A stretch of 64,000 bases of DNA from a virus (Duplodnaviria > Caudoviricetes). The first letter of the stretch is position 1; every line of letters begins with the position of its first letter. The notes beneath the pieces are model-generated. The model saw nothing but the letters and a program-made list of their open reading frames with translations. It did no database searches and was not told where the DNA came from. The position numbers and the translations under genes were made by a program. This document shows, one piece after another, positions 9,096 through 18,426 of the stretch. The stretch lies in IMG/VR virus record IMGVR_UViG_3300035675_000001. One strand, written 5' to 3'.

Positions 9096-10133
9096 ATGAG
9101 AGCTTTAGTTTACGCGGATTTGCAGGCCACGGACGGGCACGAGCGGTGTTTTGGTGACCCCACCAAATCCCTGCAACTCTATCGCATTGAACGGTTTTTC
9201 GACCAAATCGAGCGCATCTACAAGGAGCACCAGTGCGACGCGCTTTGGGACTTGGGGGACACGACCGACGACCGGACGGCGGTCCCCGTGCCGGTCATCG
9301 ACCTGATGTGCGACCGGCTGGAACGATTCCTGGGCCGCTGGAACTTGAAGCTGGTCGGCAACCACGAGCAGTTCCTCCGGGACACCAAAATCCACGCCGG
9401 GAAGATGTTTCGAGCCTATTTCCACGTTGTGGACGGCTGCGAGCTGATTCCGTGCGAAAAAGTAAACATTTTGTGCATCAGCTACCACGATGACGAAAGC
9501 ACGGTCCAGAACTTCCTGCGGCTCCACCGGGCCAAGCGCCCCGTGCTGCTCTTGGGCCACTTTCAGGTTTCGGGGTGCCAGCTCCCTGGCGGCATCTCCA
9601 TAGCCGGGCTGGGCAAGGAGTCGCTTGATTTTGTAAACATTGGCCTGCTTGGGCACATCCATCGGCCCCAAACCATCGGCAGCAAGCTTCACTACGTCGG
9701 ATCACCCTTCCAGCAGGACTGGGGCGAGTCTGGCGAGGCCAAGCGCGTGGCCATCGTGGACATCCAGGGCGACAAGATCGACGTGTCCTGGGTGCCCCTG
9801 GAGGGCTTCCCGGCCTATCGTCAAGTGGCGTTCGCCGATTTCATCTCCGGCGTCAAAGCGGACTCCGAGGACCGCTACAAGGTCGTGCTCCGAAGCGTCG
9901 AGGAGACCGAGAAGTATTACGCCCACCCCCTGGCCAACCGCGCCGACGAGGCCATCTACGACTACCAGCAGACGGTCGAAACCAACGGGACCGAGACCGG
10001 CGAGCCAATCCCACGCTCCAAGCAGGACATCATGCTGCGATACCTAAGACAGAATCCGCCGCAGGATGCGGGGATCGTCCTGGAAGACGACGCCATGCTG
10101 GCCTACGGGGATCAGATTTCGTCCGGCACATGA
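9096..10133 (+). CDS. sbcD: SbcD/Mre11-like (T4 gp47-like) metallophosphoesterase nuclease
   Basis: ADLQ, LGDTTD, VGNHE, GHFQ, GHIHRPQ, YVGSP motifs. Confidence 0.85.
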   Translation: MRALVYADLQATDGHERCFGDPTKSLQLYRIERFFDQIERIYKEHQCDALWDLGDTTDDRTAVPVPVIDLMCDRLERFLGRWNLKLVGNHEQFLRDTKIHAGKMFRAYFHVVDGCELIPCEKVNILCISYHDDESTVQNFLRLHRAKRPVLLLGHFQVSGCQLPGGISIAGLGKESLDFVNIGLLGHIHRPQTIGSKLHYVGSPFQQDWGESGEAKRVAIVDIQGDKIDVSWVPLEGFPAYRQVAFADFISGVKADSEDRYKVVLRSVEETEKYYAHPLANRADEAIYDYQQTVETNGTETGEPIPRSKQDIMLRYLRQNPPQDAGIVLEDDAMLAYGDQISSGT

Positions 10134-10375
10134 AGAAGTTCATTCCGCTGGCCCTGCTGGCGCTCACCGGGTGCATACCGATGGGTAAGAGCACCCACCT
10201 GGTTCTCGGCGTGGGGGTGTTCCGGGTTCAGAGCACCAATGAGGTCACGGTCGTCAAAGCCAACACCCTGGGGGTCCACGCTGGAGCCGGTCGGTTGAAC
10301 GTCGGCCTGTCCAGCGTCATGACGGCCAGCATCCCAACCAACAGCAACACGATCCTGGAGATCAAGGGTAGATAG
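10130..10375 (+). CDS. Predicted lipoprotein
   Basis: MKKFIPLALLALTG-C signal peptide with lipobox. Confidence 0.7.
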   Translation: MKKFIPLALLALTGCIPMGKSTHLVLGVGVFRVQSTNEVTVVKANTLGVHAGAGRLNVGLSSVMTASIPTNSNTILEIKGR

Positions 10376-10380
10376 AGGGT

Positions 10381-10794
10381 ATGAGAAAGCTGCACATGTT
10401 GCTCATCGGAGCCGCCCTGGCATTGGCTGCCACTGGCTGCCAAGGTCTCAAGTCCGTGGTGACCACGACCCAAACGGGCCTGGGCATCAGCATCTCGGAA
10501 AACCCCTCCACGCAGCTCTACGAAGCTCGCCTGGGCTATTTCCGAAACGAGTTCGCCTTCGTGCCCGGCGACACCAACTGCCCGGCCACGGTGCCTGACG
10601 TGATGATGGAGATTCGCATGGAGAACATCTTCAAAGGCGGTCTCGTCTATCAACGCCTGGCGGTCGGCAAGAACGCAGTCCAGCAGCCCGGCGCTTCGCT
10701 CATGTTCGCCAGGGACAAGGATGGCGGCTTGAACAGCAACGTGGTTGACGCCATCAGCCAAAAGGTCCGCAACATCCCCGAAGCCCCGAAATGA
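10381..10794 (+). CDS. Predicted lipoprotein
   Basis: MRKLHMLLIGAALALAATG-C lipobox; GAGGG SD. Confidence 0.75.
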   Translation: MRKLHMLLIGAALALAATGCQGLKSVVTTTQTGLGISISENPSTQLYEARLGYFRNEFAFVPGDTNCPATVPDVMMEIRMENIFKGGLVYQRLAVGKNAVQQPGASLMFARDKDGGLNSNVVDAISQKVRNIPEAPK

Positions 10795-10949
10795 ACACAC
10801 GAGTTTTCCGCATCGACCTGGTGACTGAGCCGGACCTCGCCGCCGCCATCCAGGCAGCCTGCGACAAGCAGCTCACCGAAGGGTTCAAGCTCGCCTCGAC
10901 CTTCGTCTGGAAGACCGACCTGGTTCTGATCTTCCAGAAAACGTCGTAA
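10791..10949 (+). CDS. Small hypothetical protein (52 aa, DUF4177-like)
   Basis: Below ORF-track cutoff; MNTRVFRIDL...LTEGFKLASTFVWKTDLVLIFQKTS; ATGA overlap. Confidence 0.65.
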   Translation: MNTRVFRIDLVTEPDLAAAIQAACDKQLTEGFKLASTFVWKTDLVLIFQKTS

Positions 10950-10967
10950 ACATTTTCTACCCCATCG

Positions 10968-10992
10968 AAGCGCATTAACTTCCAATGCGCTT
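10968..10992. repeat. Inverted repeat AAGCGCATT-N7-AATGCGCTT
   Basis: Perfect 9-bp arms in intergenic DNA; same half-site at 9047-9055. Confidence 0.7.
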
Positions 10993-11085
10993 AGGCAACT
11001 GAAAACGGGGTCGCGTGGTTACGAGTGGTTAGAGCACTCCAGGCCAAGCCGGGGGTGCCAGAACGAAACAACAAACACATAACGT

Positions 11086-11652
11086 ATGAATCAAGCATCA
11101 TTAGTTCCGTTTGGGACAGACGCATCCCGGCTGGCTGGCTACGCACAGACAGCAAATGAGCGCCTGGGCGCGGTGGACTTCATCTTCGAGAACACGGGCA
11201 AAGTCGCGGCCTACATCCGCGTCAAAGCCTACGTGGCCCCGACGACCACTCCGTCCGGCTATGCCGACGTGAATCCGATCTACGCGGGCGTCATGCCCAG
11301 TGGCGGCGAAGCCGCGACGTTGGGACCGGAGATTTACGTCAACGCCGGTGGCGTCGTCACCCGCAGCTACAACCTCCTGAGCAAGCGCATCGGCTTCTTC
11401 GGGTCAGGTGTCAAAGCCACGGTGAACGGCCAGGTCATCAGCTCGACCACGGTCAACATCTCGGCTGTCCTCCGCAACAAGAGCGACATCCGGGGAGCGC
11501 AAATCGACATCAGCCAGGTCGGTCGCCAGGGCTGGGGCTTCGATCCCGCGTTCAACACCCCGAACCTCACCAAGAAGTGGGGTCAGCTCGATGCCACGAC
11601 GGGTCAGCTCAATCCGAACGACCCGAACTACAACGAGCCGCTGCCGAGCTAA
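11086..11652 (+). CDS. Putative capsid decoration/structural beta-sandwich protein
   Basis: Beta-rich; A/C-rich leader shared with the MCP gene; followed by a strong terminator. Confidence 0.55.
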   Translation: MNQASLVPFGTDASRLAGYAQTANERLGAVDFIFENTGKVAAYIRVKAYVAPTTTPSGYADVNPIYAGVMPSGGEAATLGPEIYVNAGGVVTRSYNLLSKRIGFFGSGVKATVNGQVISSTTVNISAVLRNKSDIRGAQIDISQVGRQGWGFDPAFNTPNLTKKWGQLDATTGQLNPNDPNYNEPLPS

Positions 11653-11687
11653 GCCTTTCACTCAAGGGCAAGTCGTTATACAGTCGC

Positions 11688-11715
11688 AAAGCCGGGCCGA
11701 GTGGCCCGGCTTTTT
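11688..11715 (+). terminator. Rho-independent terminator
   Basis: AAA GCCGGGCC-GAGT-GGCCCGGC TTTTT. Confidence 0.85.
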
Positions 11716-11727
11716 GTTCTTTCTGGC

Positions 11728-12339
11728 GTGAAGAAAGAGATCGGTTTCATCGCCAGCGAGTCTGGAGCGGTCGTCAAATACGACCCAAAGATTCATGCGG
11801 TCCAGCAGTCTGTGCCGCCAGCGGGTCCGTTGACCAAGCACCAGCGAGCCACGCTTTACTTCAAGGCGCTGCGGGCTGCCAATGCCCTGCTCAGAGAAGT
11901 CGGGTTCCACACCGTAGCCGACGTGGGCCACAGCGGCTTCTGCATCGAGATGGACGGGTTCATCCTGGAGATGATGGTCAAGGAGCCTCCGCGCCTGGCC
12001 CACGTCACCAGCTACCCTGGCTACGAGTATGACCCCAAGAAGATCAACGCCAAGGTCACGATGGCGTGCCCCACCGAGGACAATGAATACGTGATCCAGG
12101 TCATCGCCTCCTACCGGCGCGGGACCATGCCCCCGTTCTACATCGTCGTGGCCAAGGATTCACCCGACGTGCTCAAAGAAGCCTTCCGCAGCATCCTGTT
12201 CGCGGCCCGCGACTTCATCCAGAAAGACCCCAACCTGATGGCAAAAATCCAGGCCGCGATGGCAAACCGCGACCTGGATAAAGACCTGGAACGATTAAGC
12301 GCGGCAGACAAGTTCTTGCCGCCGCCGATGTCAGATTAG
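11728..12339 (+). CDS. Hypothetical protein
   Basis: GTG 11728 preferred (ORF-track start lies inside the terminator); TGTTCT 7 nt upstream. Confidence 0.7.
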   Translation: MKKEIGFIASESGAVVKYDPKIHAVQQSVPPAGPLTKHQRATLYFKALRAANALLREVGFHTVADVGHSGFCIEMDGFILEMMVKEPPRLAHVTSYPGYEYDPKKINAKVTMACPTEDNEYVIQVIASYRRGTMPPFYIVVAKDSPDVLKEAFRSILFAARDFIQKDPNLMAKIQAAMANRDLDKDLERLSAADKFLPPPMSD

Positions 12340-15300
12340 CGTGATCGCCACGTTGACGGCCACGGCCCTTCCTAGCGGCCCATCCGGGCTGGTGTTGAGA
12401 AGGTGGTAGGTGCCAGTGTTCTGGTCCTTGAGCACCAGTCCAGAGCTTCCTCCGCCGTCGAGGTTGATGGCGTTATAGACCTTGTAGTCTTGGATGAGGA
12501 TGTCCGCGATGTCGCCGACTCTCATGCCGCCCTGGCCTCCGCTGGACCCGCTGACGCCTTCCACCACGCAGATAACAAGCGTTTGCTGATCGAGGGTGAC
12601 TCCGGCGACGGTGCGGGCACGGATCAAGTCATACCAGGAGTTGCTGTTGCTGTAGCCGCTGATGGCACTGAGCTGTCCGGCATTGGTGCCGTAAATCGGG
12701 ATCGTCTTGACGCCATTGGTGATGACCTGGGCGCTGCCACTGACCGTGTTTACAAGCTGCATCGCTTCGAGGATGTGCTTGTTGTCACCGAACGCCGGGT
12801 TGCGATGAACAACAGCCGCGTGGAAGTTCGCGTCGAAGTTGAGCGCCGGAGCGTAGGGCAGTATCGCGTAGCTCTGGTTCGGGTATCCGAAGCCGATGGG
12901 CTGCGGCTCGAACGGCGAGAATTTATTCGTGCTCGAAACAGTGAAGCCGACGCTCGCTGCGTTCAAGTCAAAGGACGGGAACGGCAGGAAGAAGTTGCCG
13001 TTGAACGCCAGGTCGGAATAGACCATTTGGGCGAAGTCAAGGGTCGTCTGCCGAACCGTGTCTCGCGTGCCTCCAGGATACGTCACGTAAACATTGGCGT
13101 GGCGCATATCGACCACGGCGATGAACATGCGGGTGCCGTCAGGCAGCGCCCTGGACTCAACAGTCACGCCCTCCTTGGGGACGAAGCTGCCGCTGAAATT
13201 CCACTCCAGCAGGTCAAACGCTGCGCCAGGCTCAGTCCCAGCCCAGGTGTAGATGCCCCCGTCATGGATGACCGTAGCGTAGCGTTCCACTGGAGGCGCA
13301 GCCACGACGATGCGCGTGCCACTGTCCGAAATATAAGCCGAAGGCCAGCGATAGAGGTAGGCATTCTCAACCACCCGCAAGCTGTTGCGCTCGACTTCGG
13401 GAACCCGGTTGGTGGGCGGAGGCGTTCCGTAGCGCACGAGGCTTTGGAACGGATTGGCAGCCAGGATGTGCGGCAGCTCGCCTTCTTCACCAAGCCACAC
13501 ATCCATGTCGCCATTGAATCCCGCGTCCTCGCGCCCTGCGTAAAGTTTGAAGACCAGCGGCCCGGCCAGCGGCGTGTTGCTGCCATACCAGGTCGAGGGA
13601 TAAGGGAGTGCCGGAACTGAATCGTTGATGCCACGGCAGCGCACCAAAACGTATTCTGCGCCTGCCGATTGGACCGTCAAAATGCTGTCAGGATTGATCT
13701 CACTCGCAGTGATGTCCACGGGCAGCGTGCCGTAGAAGCGATACTCGCTGCGGTCAGTCAAACCCGTGAAGCCCACCGAGCGGATCGGAGTCGGGCTGGC
13801 AGGATAGAGAGTCCCTGCCGCGTAAAGGCGGGGCCGTGGCACCCAAGGCTTCCAGGTCACGTTGACCGCCGCCTTCTTGGCATACATGCGGAACGCGAGC
13901 ACGTCTCCGGGCAGAACGTCGATGATGATGTTCCGAATGCCTTGGCGGAGCACAAAGTAAGAAGGCACGCTGTTGCGGTAGCGCACGATTTGCTTTTCGC
14001 TGTCGGCACTGACCGTAATCGACAGCGTGCCTTGGCCCGCGACGCTGAGGAAAGGCTGCTCAGGTCGGTTGGCCGTAATTCCGACAGTCTCCTCGCCCGT
14101 GGTCAACCCATTGATGCCGTCGTTGTAGGTCTCCGGGACGACAGCGAAGAATGGCATCCCATTGTCCACATGGTTCATGTAAACATCCACGTCGCGCTGG
14201 TTCTCCGGGTCACGGTAGCGGAACACCATACCGCCCGAAACGGACCCCGTGCAGATCACATCCTGGCAATCGTAAACAACTTCCACGTCACTGCGGAGCA
14301 CGGGCTGGTAACCAGTCGTGAAGGGCAGGCTGCCGTAGAGGCCGTAGCAGGTGCCTTGGAAGCAGACGTAATCAGGCGGAACAGTCGTGCCGGGGTAAGG
14401 GATCACCAACGGACTGCTGGTGCCGTTGCAAGCCACAAAGCCGTAGGGCACTCCGCACATGCTTCCGTTGGTATAGGCCACATACGGATCGTGCGGCGGG
14501 AACGTGCCGTAGAGCGTGCCGACCCACTCCTCGATCAAGCAGGGATTGCAGTGGCAGAGAGTCACGTTGTCGGCAGGGGCCACGAACGGAGCCGGGTCGT
14601 AGAGCGGCTGAGGAACGTGCATCTTGTGATCCACGTTTTCCTGGCCGTAGCAGAACATGCCCACCGGAGCGCACTTCGGATCGTAGCAAGCCACGATGTC
14701 AGCGACCATCGGGTAGATCGTGCCGGACACGTCAACCGTGTAGGTGCCGCTGGAGCTGGTGGTCGTGCCCATCATCACATCGACGAGGCCAGTGTTGTGG
14801 TAGCACGCGCCGTCGAACCGGGCGAAGGGAGCCGATGTCGTTGAATAGATCGTGCCCTCCAGAGGAACAGGGTCGGGTCGAACAGTGCCCATAGGCCAGG
14901 TGCCCAGGTCAGCGCCAGTTTCGTCCAGCGTCACGATCCCGACCAGGCCATTGTCGATGAAGCAGCCATCAGAAATGTCAACGTCTGCCTCTCCGATCTT
15001 GAGGTAGGTCTCCAGATCAGGACTGAAAGCGTCGGCAGTGATGGGAACACTGACAGTCTCGGTCCCATACCCGCCCGCCGTCAGAAGACGCAGGGTGACG
15101 ACCGTGCCCTGGTTCACAAAGCCATTGGCCAGGTAAACGGCGACTTTCCCGGATACCCGGCGCGGGCGCTGGATGATCGTCGGGTAGGCGGGCATCATGA
15201 ACGAAATTGTAAACGGGCGTGCGTTCTCGATGGCGTAGGTGCTGTTGGCATCCACTTCAAGCACACCTGGAACAGTCGGATCGTAGGACGTGACCCAATT

Positions 15301-16524
15301 CTGGTTCGTGTAGAACATCCGATGCGTCTCGTCAGAAAGGTCTGGCAGGCCATCCAGGCTCAAGGGCATCGGGAGAGTATTCGGGATGTCCGTGCGGTAG
15401 TGCTGGAGCGTCGCCGGGCTGCTGCCCATGCGCTGCTCAGTCGTATCCGTGTCGGTCAGCAGGTCCAGATCGCTGAACACGACCGCAAACCGCCGCGCCC
15501 GCATCCCCGCACCGCCCACCGAAGACGAACCGGGGCACGGCTGGAAAGCGTAAACCTCCTGGCGGTCATAGAAGCACTTGATGCGGATGCGAAAGCGGAA
15601 CGGCAAAATCGGACCAATGTGCGTGGCGAAGCTTTCGGTCGAAAGCTGGAGCCGAATGTCAGCCGGAGCAGGGATGATGAACGTGTTCTCCAGGAACTCA
15701 TACGGCAGGTCAACCGCGCCGGGCGGCTGGCCCAGGACAGACCAGTTGCCGGTTGGGGTTCGGACGAGCACTTGGTCGGGAGGATTGACCGATTCCGGGT
15801 CCAGCTCGACCTGGAAATAGGTCGTGCCCGGCAACAGGTAAATCTCCTCCGCCATCGCGGAAACGGACATTCCGATGGAGGACGAAAACGCAGCCTCGCC
15901 GATCTGCTCGCCGGTATAGACGTAGCCGAGAAACTGCTTGGTCTTGCCTGGCAGCGGGCGCAGCGCGGACTGGACTTCAAAATCACCTGCTACGACTGTT
16001 GAGCTGTCGCCGGTGATGATGTTGTTCTGGAAGTCAGTGATGCGGGCCACGATCCGATAAACGCCGTGGTCAGCGTTCTGGTAGTGGACCTTGTTGGTGT
16101 CTCCCGAAGCCTGCCAAATGCTGTTCCGGTAGAGGTTCCAGGTAACTGATTGGTAGCCCAAGCCTTGCGGGCTGGAAAAGAGGATGTCGGCGTCAATCGT
16201 GTCGCCCTTGGCGTATTTGAGCTGGCTCCAGTTGATCCAGGTCTCTACCGGGCCGGTGGGGTAGCCCATGACCTGGACCGTGAATGCCTGAGTCTGGCTG
16301 GTCGAATCGGGCTTGACCGCCATGACGCTGATGATCGTGGTCACCGGCGAAACCGGCGTGAACACGACCTTGGAACCCGTTCCCTCAGCAATCTTTACCG
16401 TCGTCCAGACAGTCCAAACTGTTTGGAGCGGCACTACCCCGTCAACCAGGATGTCCAGCTCTACCGCAACTCCGGCAGTCAGGATCGGCGGTAACGGATC
16501 GCCATTGAGCGTCAGCGTTATCAT
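12331..16524 (-). CDS. Large virion protein: PKD-like N-terminus, Cys-rich middle, C-terminal phosphodiester glycosidase (NAGPA-like) domain
   Basis: AFNGNFF, ARTVAG, GMRVGDIADIL, AINLDGGGSS motifs; TAGTTA 5 nt upstream (16530-16535). Confidence 0.8.
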   Translation of the reverse strand: MITLTLNGDPLPPILTAGVAVELDILVDGVVPLQTVWTVWTTVKIAEGTGSKVVFTPVSPVTTIISVMAVKPDSTSQTQAFTVQVMGYPTGPVETWINWSQLKYAKGDTIDADILFSSPQGLGYQSVTWNLYRNSIWQASGDTNKVHYQNADHGVYRIVARITDFQNNIITGDSSTVVAGDFEVQSALRPLPGKTKQFLGYVYTGEQIGEAAFSSSIGMSVSAMAEEIYLLPGTTYFQVELDPESVNPPDQVLVRTPTGNWSVLGQPPGAVDLPYEFLENTFIIPAPADIRLQLSTESFATHIGPILPFRFRIRIKCFYDRQEVYAFQPCPGSSSVGGAGMRARRFAVVFSDLDLLTDTDTTEQRMGSSPATLQHYRTDIPNTLPMPLSLDGLPDLSDETHRMFYTNQNWVTSYDPTVPGVLEVDANSTYAIENARPFTISFMMPAYPTIIQRPRRVSGKVAVYLANGFVNQGTVVTLRLLTAGGYGTETVSVPITADAFSPDLETYLKIGEADVDISDGCFIDNGLVGIVTLDETGADLGTWPMGTVRPDPVPLEGTIYSTTSAPFARFDGACYHNTGLVDVMMGTTTSSSGTYTVDVSGTIYPMVADIVACYDPKCAPVGMFCYGQENVDHKMHVPQPLYDPAPFVAPADNVTLCHCNPCLIEEWVGTLYGTFPPHDPYVAYTNGSMCGVPYGFVACNGTSSPLVIPYPGTTVPPDYVCFQGTCYGLYGSLPFTTGYQPVLRSDVEVVYDCQDVICTGSVSGGMVFRYRDPENQRDVDVYMNHVDNGMPFFAVVPETYNDGINGLTTGEETVGITANRPEQPFLSVAGQGTLSITVSADSEKQIVRYRNSVPSYFVLRQGIRNIIIDVLPGDVLAFRMYAKKAAVNVTWKPWVPRPRLYAAGTLYPASPTPIRSVGFTGLTDRSEYRFYGTLPVDITASEINPDSILTVQSAGAEYVLVRCRGINDSVPALPYPSTWYGSNTPLAGPLVFKLYAGREDAGFNGDMDVWLGEEGELPHILAANPFQSLVRYGTPPPTNRVPEVERNSLRVVENAYLYRWPSAYISDSGTRIVVAAPPVERYATVIHDGGIYTWAGTEPGAAFDLLEWNFSGSFVPKEGVTVESRALPDGTRMFIAVVDMRHANVYVTYPGGTRDTVRQTTLDFAQMVYSDLAFNGNFFLPFPSFDLNAASVGFTVSSTNKFSPFEPQPIGFGYPNQSYAILPYAPALNFDANFHAAVVHRNPAFGDNKHILEAMQLVNTVSGSAQVITNGVKTIPIYGTNAGQLSAISGYSNSNSWYDLIRARTVAGVTLDQQTLVICVVEGVSGSSGGQGGMRVGDIADILIQDYKVYNAINLDGGGSSGLVLKDQNTGTYHLLNTSPDGPLGRAVAVNVAITLI

Positions 16525-16543
16525 CGACCTAACTACCCACGGA

Positions 16544-17128
16544 TCACTCCGTGCCCAAAGCGCCGTAGATGAACTGCTGATCGACGAAAACGAGGTCGGT
16601 GCGCTCGATGCTCATGGGGTTGACGCGGCCCTTGTCCGGGAAGACTTCCTGGCCCTTGAAAAACTCGTGCTTCACGTCTTTGCCCCACTGGAGCACGCTG
16701 AAATGCAGGTTTTCCTTCTTGGCCTCCTCTGCATTATCCGGCAGAACGATAAGGCTTTCGTGCCGGACGCTGGGTTCGAGCAACATGAAGCGCCCGACGA
16801 TCTGGAAGGCGTCCAGGGCGATTTCGTCCCGCGTCAGCTTGGCGAGAATGTCCTCAACATGGAGGAAGCAGTTCAGAACGCCCTTGATGTCAAAGGTGAT
16901 GGTCTGAGCGAATGCCTGGGGGAGCTGGAACAGCACAAGGTCGCCCGGCGTGTAAACTTCCTTGGTGCTGTATTTGCCCTCCGGCCCGTAGCCCTCCAGG
17001 GCACCGACCGCGATGACTTCACCGATCTCGTAAAGCTTGGCGCGATTGGGAGGCAAATGGATTGCCCCTTTCAACTTGGCAGCGTGCTGCTTCACCACGA
17101 CTCGACCCGGCATAGCGTTCAATTTCAT
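16544..17128 (-). CDS. groES: Tandem two-domain GroES/Cpn10 co-chaperonin
   Basis: Domain 1: RVVVK..GAIHLP..GEVIAVG..GDLVLF..EDILAK; domain 2: RFMLLEP..LIVLP..VLQWG..GQEVF..QFIYGAL. Confidence 0.75.
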   Translation of the reverse strand: MKLNAMPGRVVVKQHAAKLKGAIHLPPNRAKLYEIGEVIAVGALEGYGPEGKYSTKEVYTPGDLVLFQLPQAFAQTITFDIKGVLNCFLHVEDILAKLTRDEIALDAFQIVGRFMLLEPSVRHESLIVLPDNAEEAKKENLHFSVLQWGKDVKHEFFKGQEVFPDKGRVNPMSIERTDLVFVDQQFIYGALGTE

Positions 17129-17136
17129 ATTCGGGT

Positions 17137-17142
17137 AGAACG
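17137..17142 (-). promoter_or_regulatory. CGTTCT motif
   Basis: 8 nt before groES ATG; TGTAAACA core 11 nt upstream. Confidence 0.5.
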
Positions 17143-17155
17143 CGGTTGAAATTGT

Positions 17156-18211
17156 TTACAAATGTGCTCCGGCTCCGCGCTGGCCAGGGAGGTCGGTGCC
17201 CAGGCGCATAATCTCCCGGTCCACGCTGTGGGGCCTCTCCCGCTCGGTGACGGCGTAGAGCGCAGCATCCACGTCGTCGTTGGCGTCATTGGTCAGCCGG
17301 GCCGTGCCGTCCGCGTTTTTCCCGTGCGGCATCTTGGCAACCGATACAGGCATCACAGAGCTGAGCCGCAGCGCAGTCTCCACGGCCAGGCCGGTGGAAT
17401 CGCTGTCGTAGAGGATGCAAAACTCCTTGATGTGCCGGTAACGCTGAAACTTGGCTACCTGGGACCGGCTGAGACGATGCGTGAAGATACAGACCGGGAC
17501 GATGTGCTGGATGTCCAGCTCCCGCAGCTTGCGGCGGATCGAGAGCGTGTTCAGGATCGACTCGACCACGATTACCAGGCTGATATTCGGGTCGGCCAGC
17601 GCGTCCAGGTTGTAAACCCAGTAGCTCGGCCCATAGGGCACTTCCTTTTTGCTGGGGAACTTCTTGGTGGTCTCGAAGCCCTCGTCGGAGTAGGTGCGGC
17701 CCTGGTAATAGACGCAGCGCACGCCCTCATAGACCGGGAAGATGCAGAAAGGCTCCCAATTTCCTGTCCGCGTGAATCCGGCCCCCGCTTCCTCCAGGTC
17801 TTCGATGCCCAGGTGCTTACGCTCGGCCATGTCCTTGCAGAAACGCCAGTAGCAGCTCTTTCGGTTCTTGGCCAGCGGGCTGAACCCCTCCGGCAGCTCG
17901 ATGTTCTGGACCGGCGTGACCGCCTGCTTCATGTCGCCCCGGAGCGTCTGGCCGAACTCGTCAAACCCGGCGCTGCCATCATCCGTCCAGCTCAGCCCCT
18001 TCAACTTGAACAGGGCGGCAACGTGGTGCGGCTGGGGGTCGTGGCAGCGCCAGCAATGCGACCGTAAGGTCTTGACGTTGATGCTGCGATTTCCCGTTCT
18101 ATCTCCACAGCCAGGCACGGGGCAGACGATGTAGATTTCATCGTCCGTCGTGCGGTCTTTGATGACCTCAAAGACGTTGCCAATCTCGCGTTTGACCCTA
18201 TCCGGCGACAT
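17156..18211 (-). CDS. dnaG: DNA primase (Zn finger + TOPRIM), DnaG/gp61-like
   Basis: CPVPGC..CWRC zinc finger, YYQGR, VVES, YDSD; start ATG 18211 (MSPDRVK). Confidence 0.85.
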   Translation of the reverse strand: MSPDRVKREIGNVFEVIKDRTTDDEIYIVCPVPGCGDRTGNRSINVKTLRSHCWRCHDPQPHHVAALFKLKGLSWTDDGSAGFDEFGQTLRGDMKQAVTPVQNIELPEGFSPLAKNRKSCYWRFCKDMAERKHLGIEDLEEAGAGFTRTGNWEPFCIFPVYEGVRCVYYQGRTYSDEGFETTKKFPSKKEVPYGPSYWVYNLDALADPNISLVIVVESILNTLSIRRKLRELDIQHIVPVCIFTHRLSRSQVAKFQRYRHIKEFCILYDSDSTGLAVETALRLSSVMPVSVAKMPHGKNADGTARLTNDANDDVDAALYAVTERERPHSVDREIMRLGTDLPGQRGAGAHL

Positions 18212-18215
18212 GCTG

Positions 18216-18227
18216 TAGTTAAGAACG
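18216..18227. promoter_or_regulatory. Abutting divergent promoter motifs: TAGTTA (+) and CGTTCT (-)
   Basis: TAGTTA 18216-21 is 12 nt before ATG 18234; CGTTCT 18222-27 is 10 nt before primase ATG. Confidence 0.55.
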
Positions 18228-18233
18228 AAGTTT

Positions 18234-18425
18234 ATGGAACTGAACCAGATGATCGACATTTCGAGGAAGTTCGAGCAGGACCAGCAGCAGGCTGCCATCG
18301 CCCAGGATGGCCAGAACAAAGCTGCGTTCGCCCTGAACTTGATCCAGCGGATGCCGCAAGAACCGACGAAGCCCGAAGAACCGCCGAAAATCCCGTCCCT
18401 GGGAGCCTTGGCCATTCCGAGCTGA
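18234..18425 (+). CDS. Small hypothetical protein
   Basis: 63 aa, 1 nt before GT gene. Confidence 0.65.
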   Translation: MELNQMIDISRKFEQDQQQAAIAQDGQNKAAFALNLIQRMPQEPTKPEEPPKIPSLGALAIPS

Positions 18426-18426
18426 C

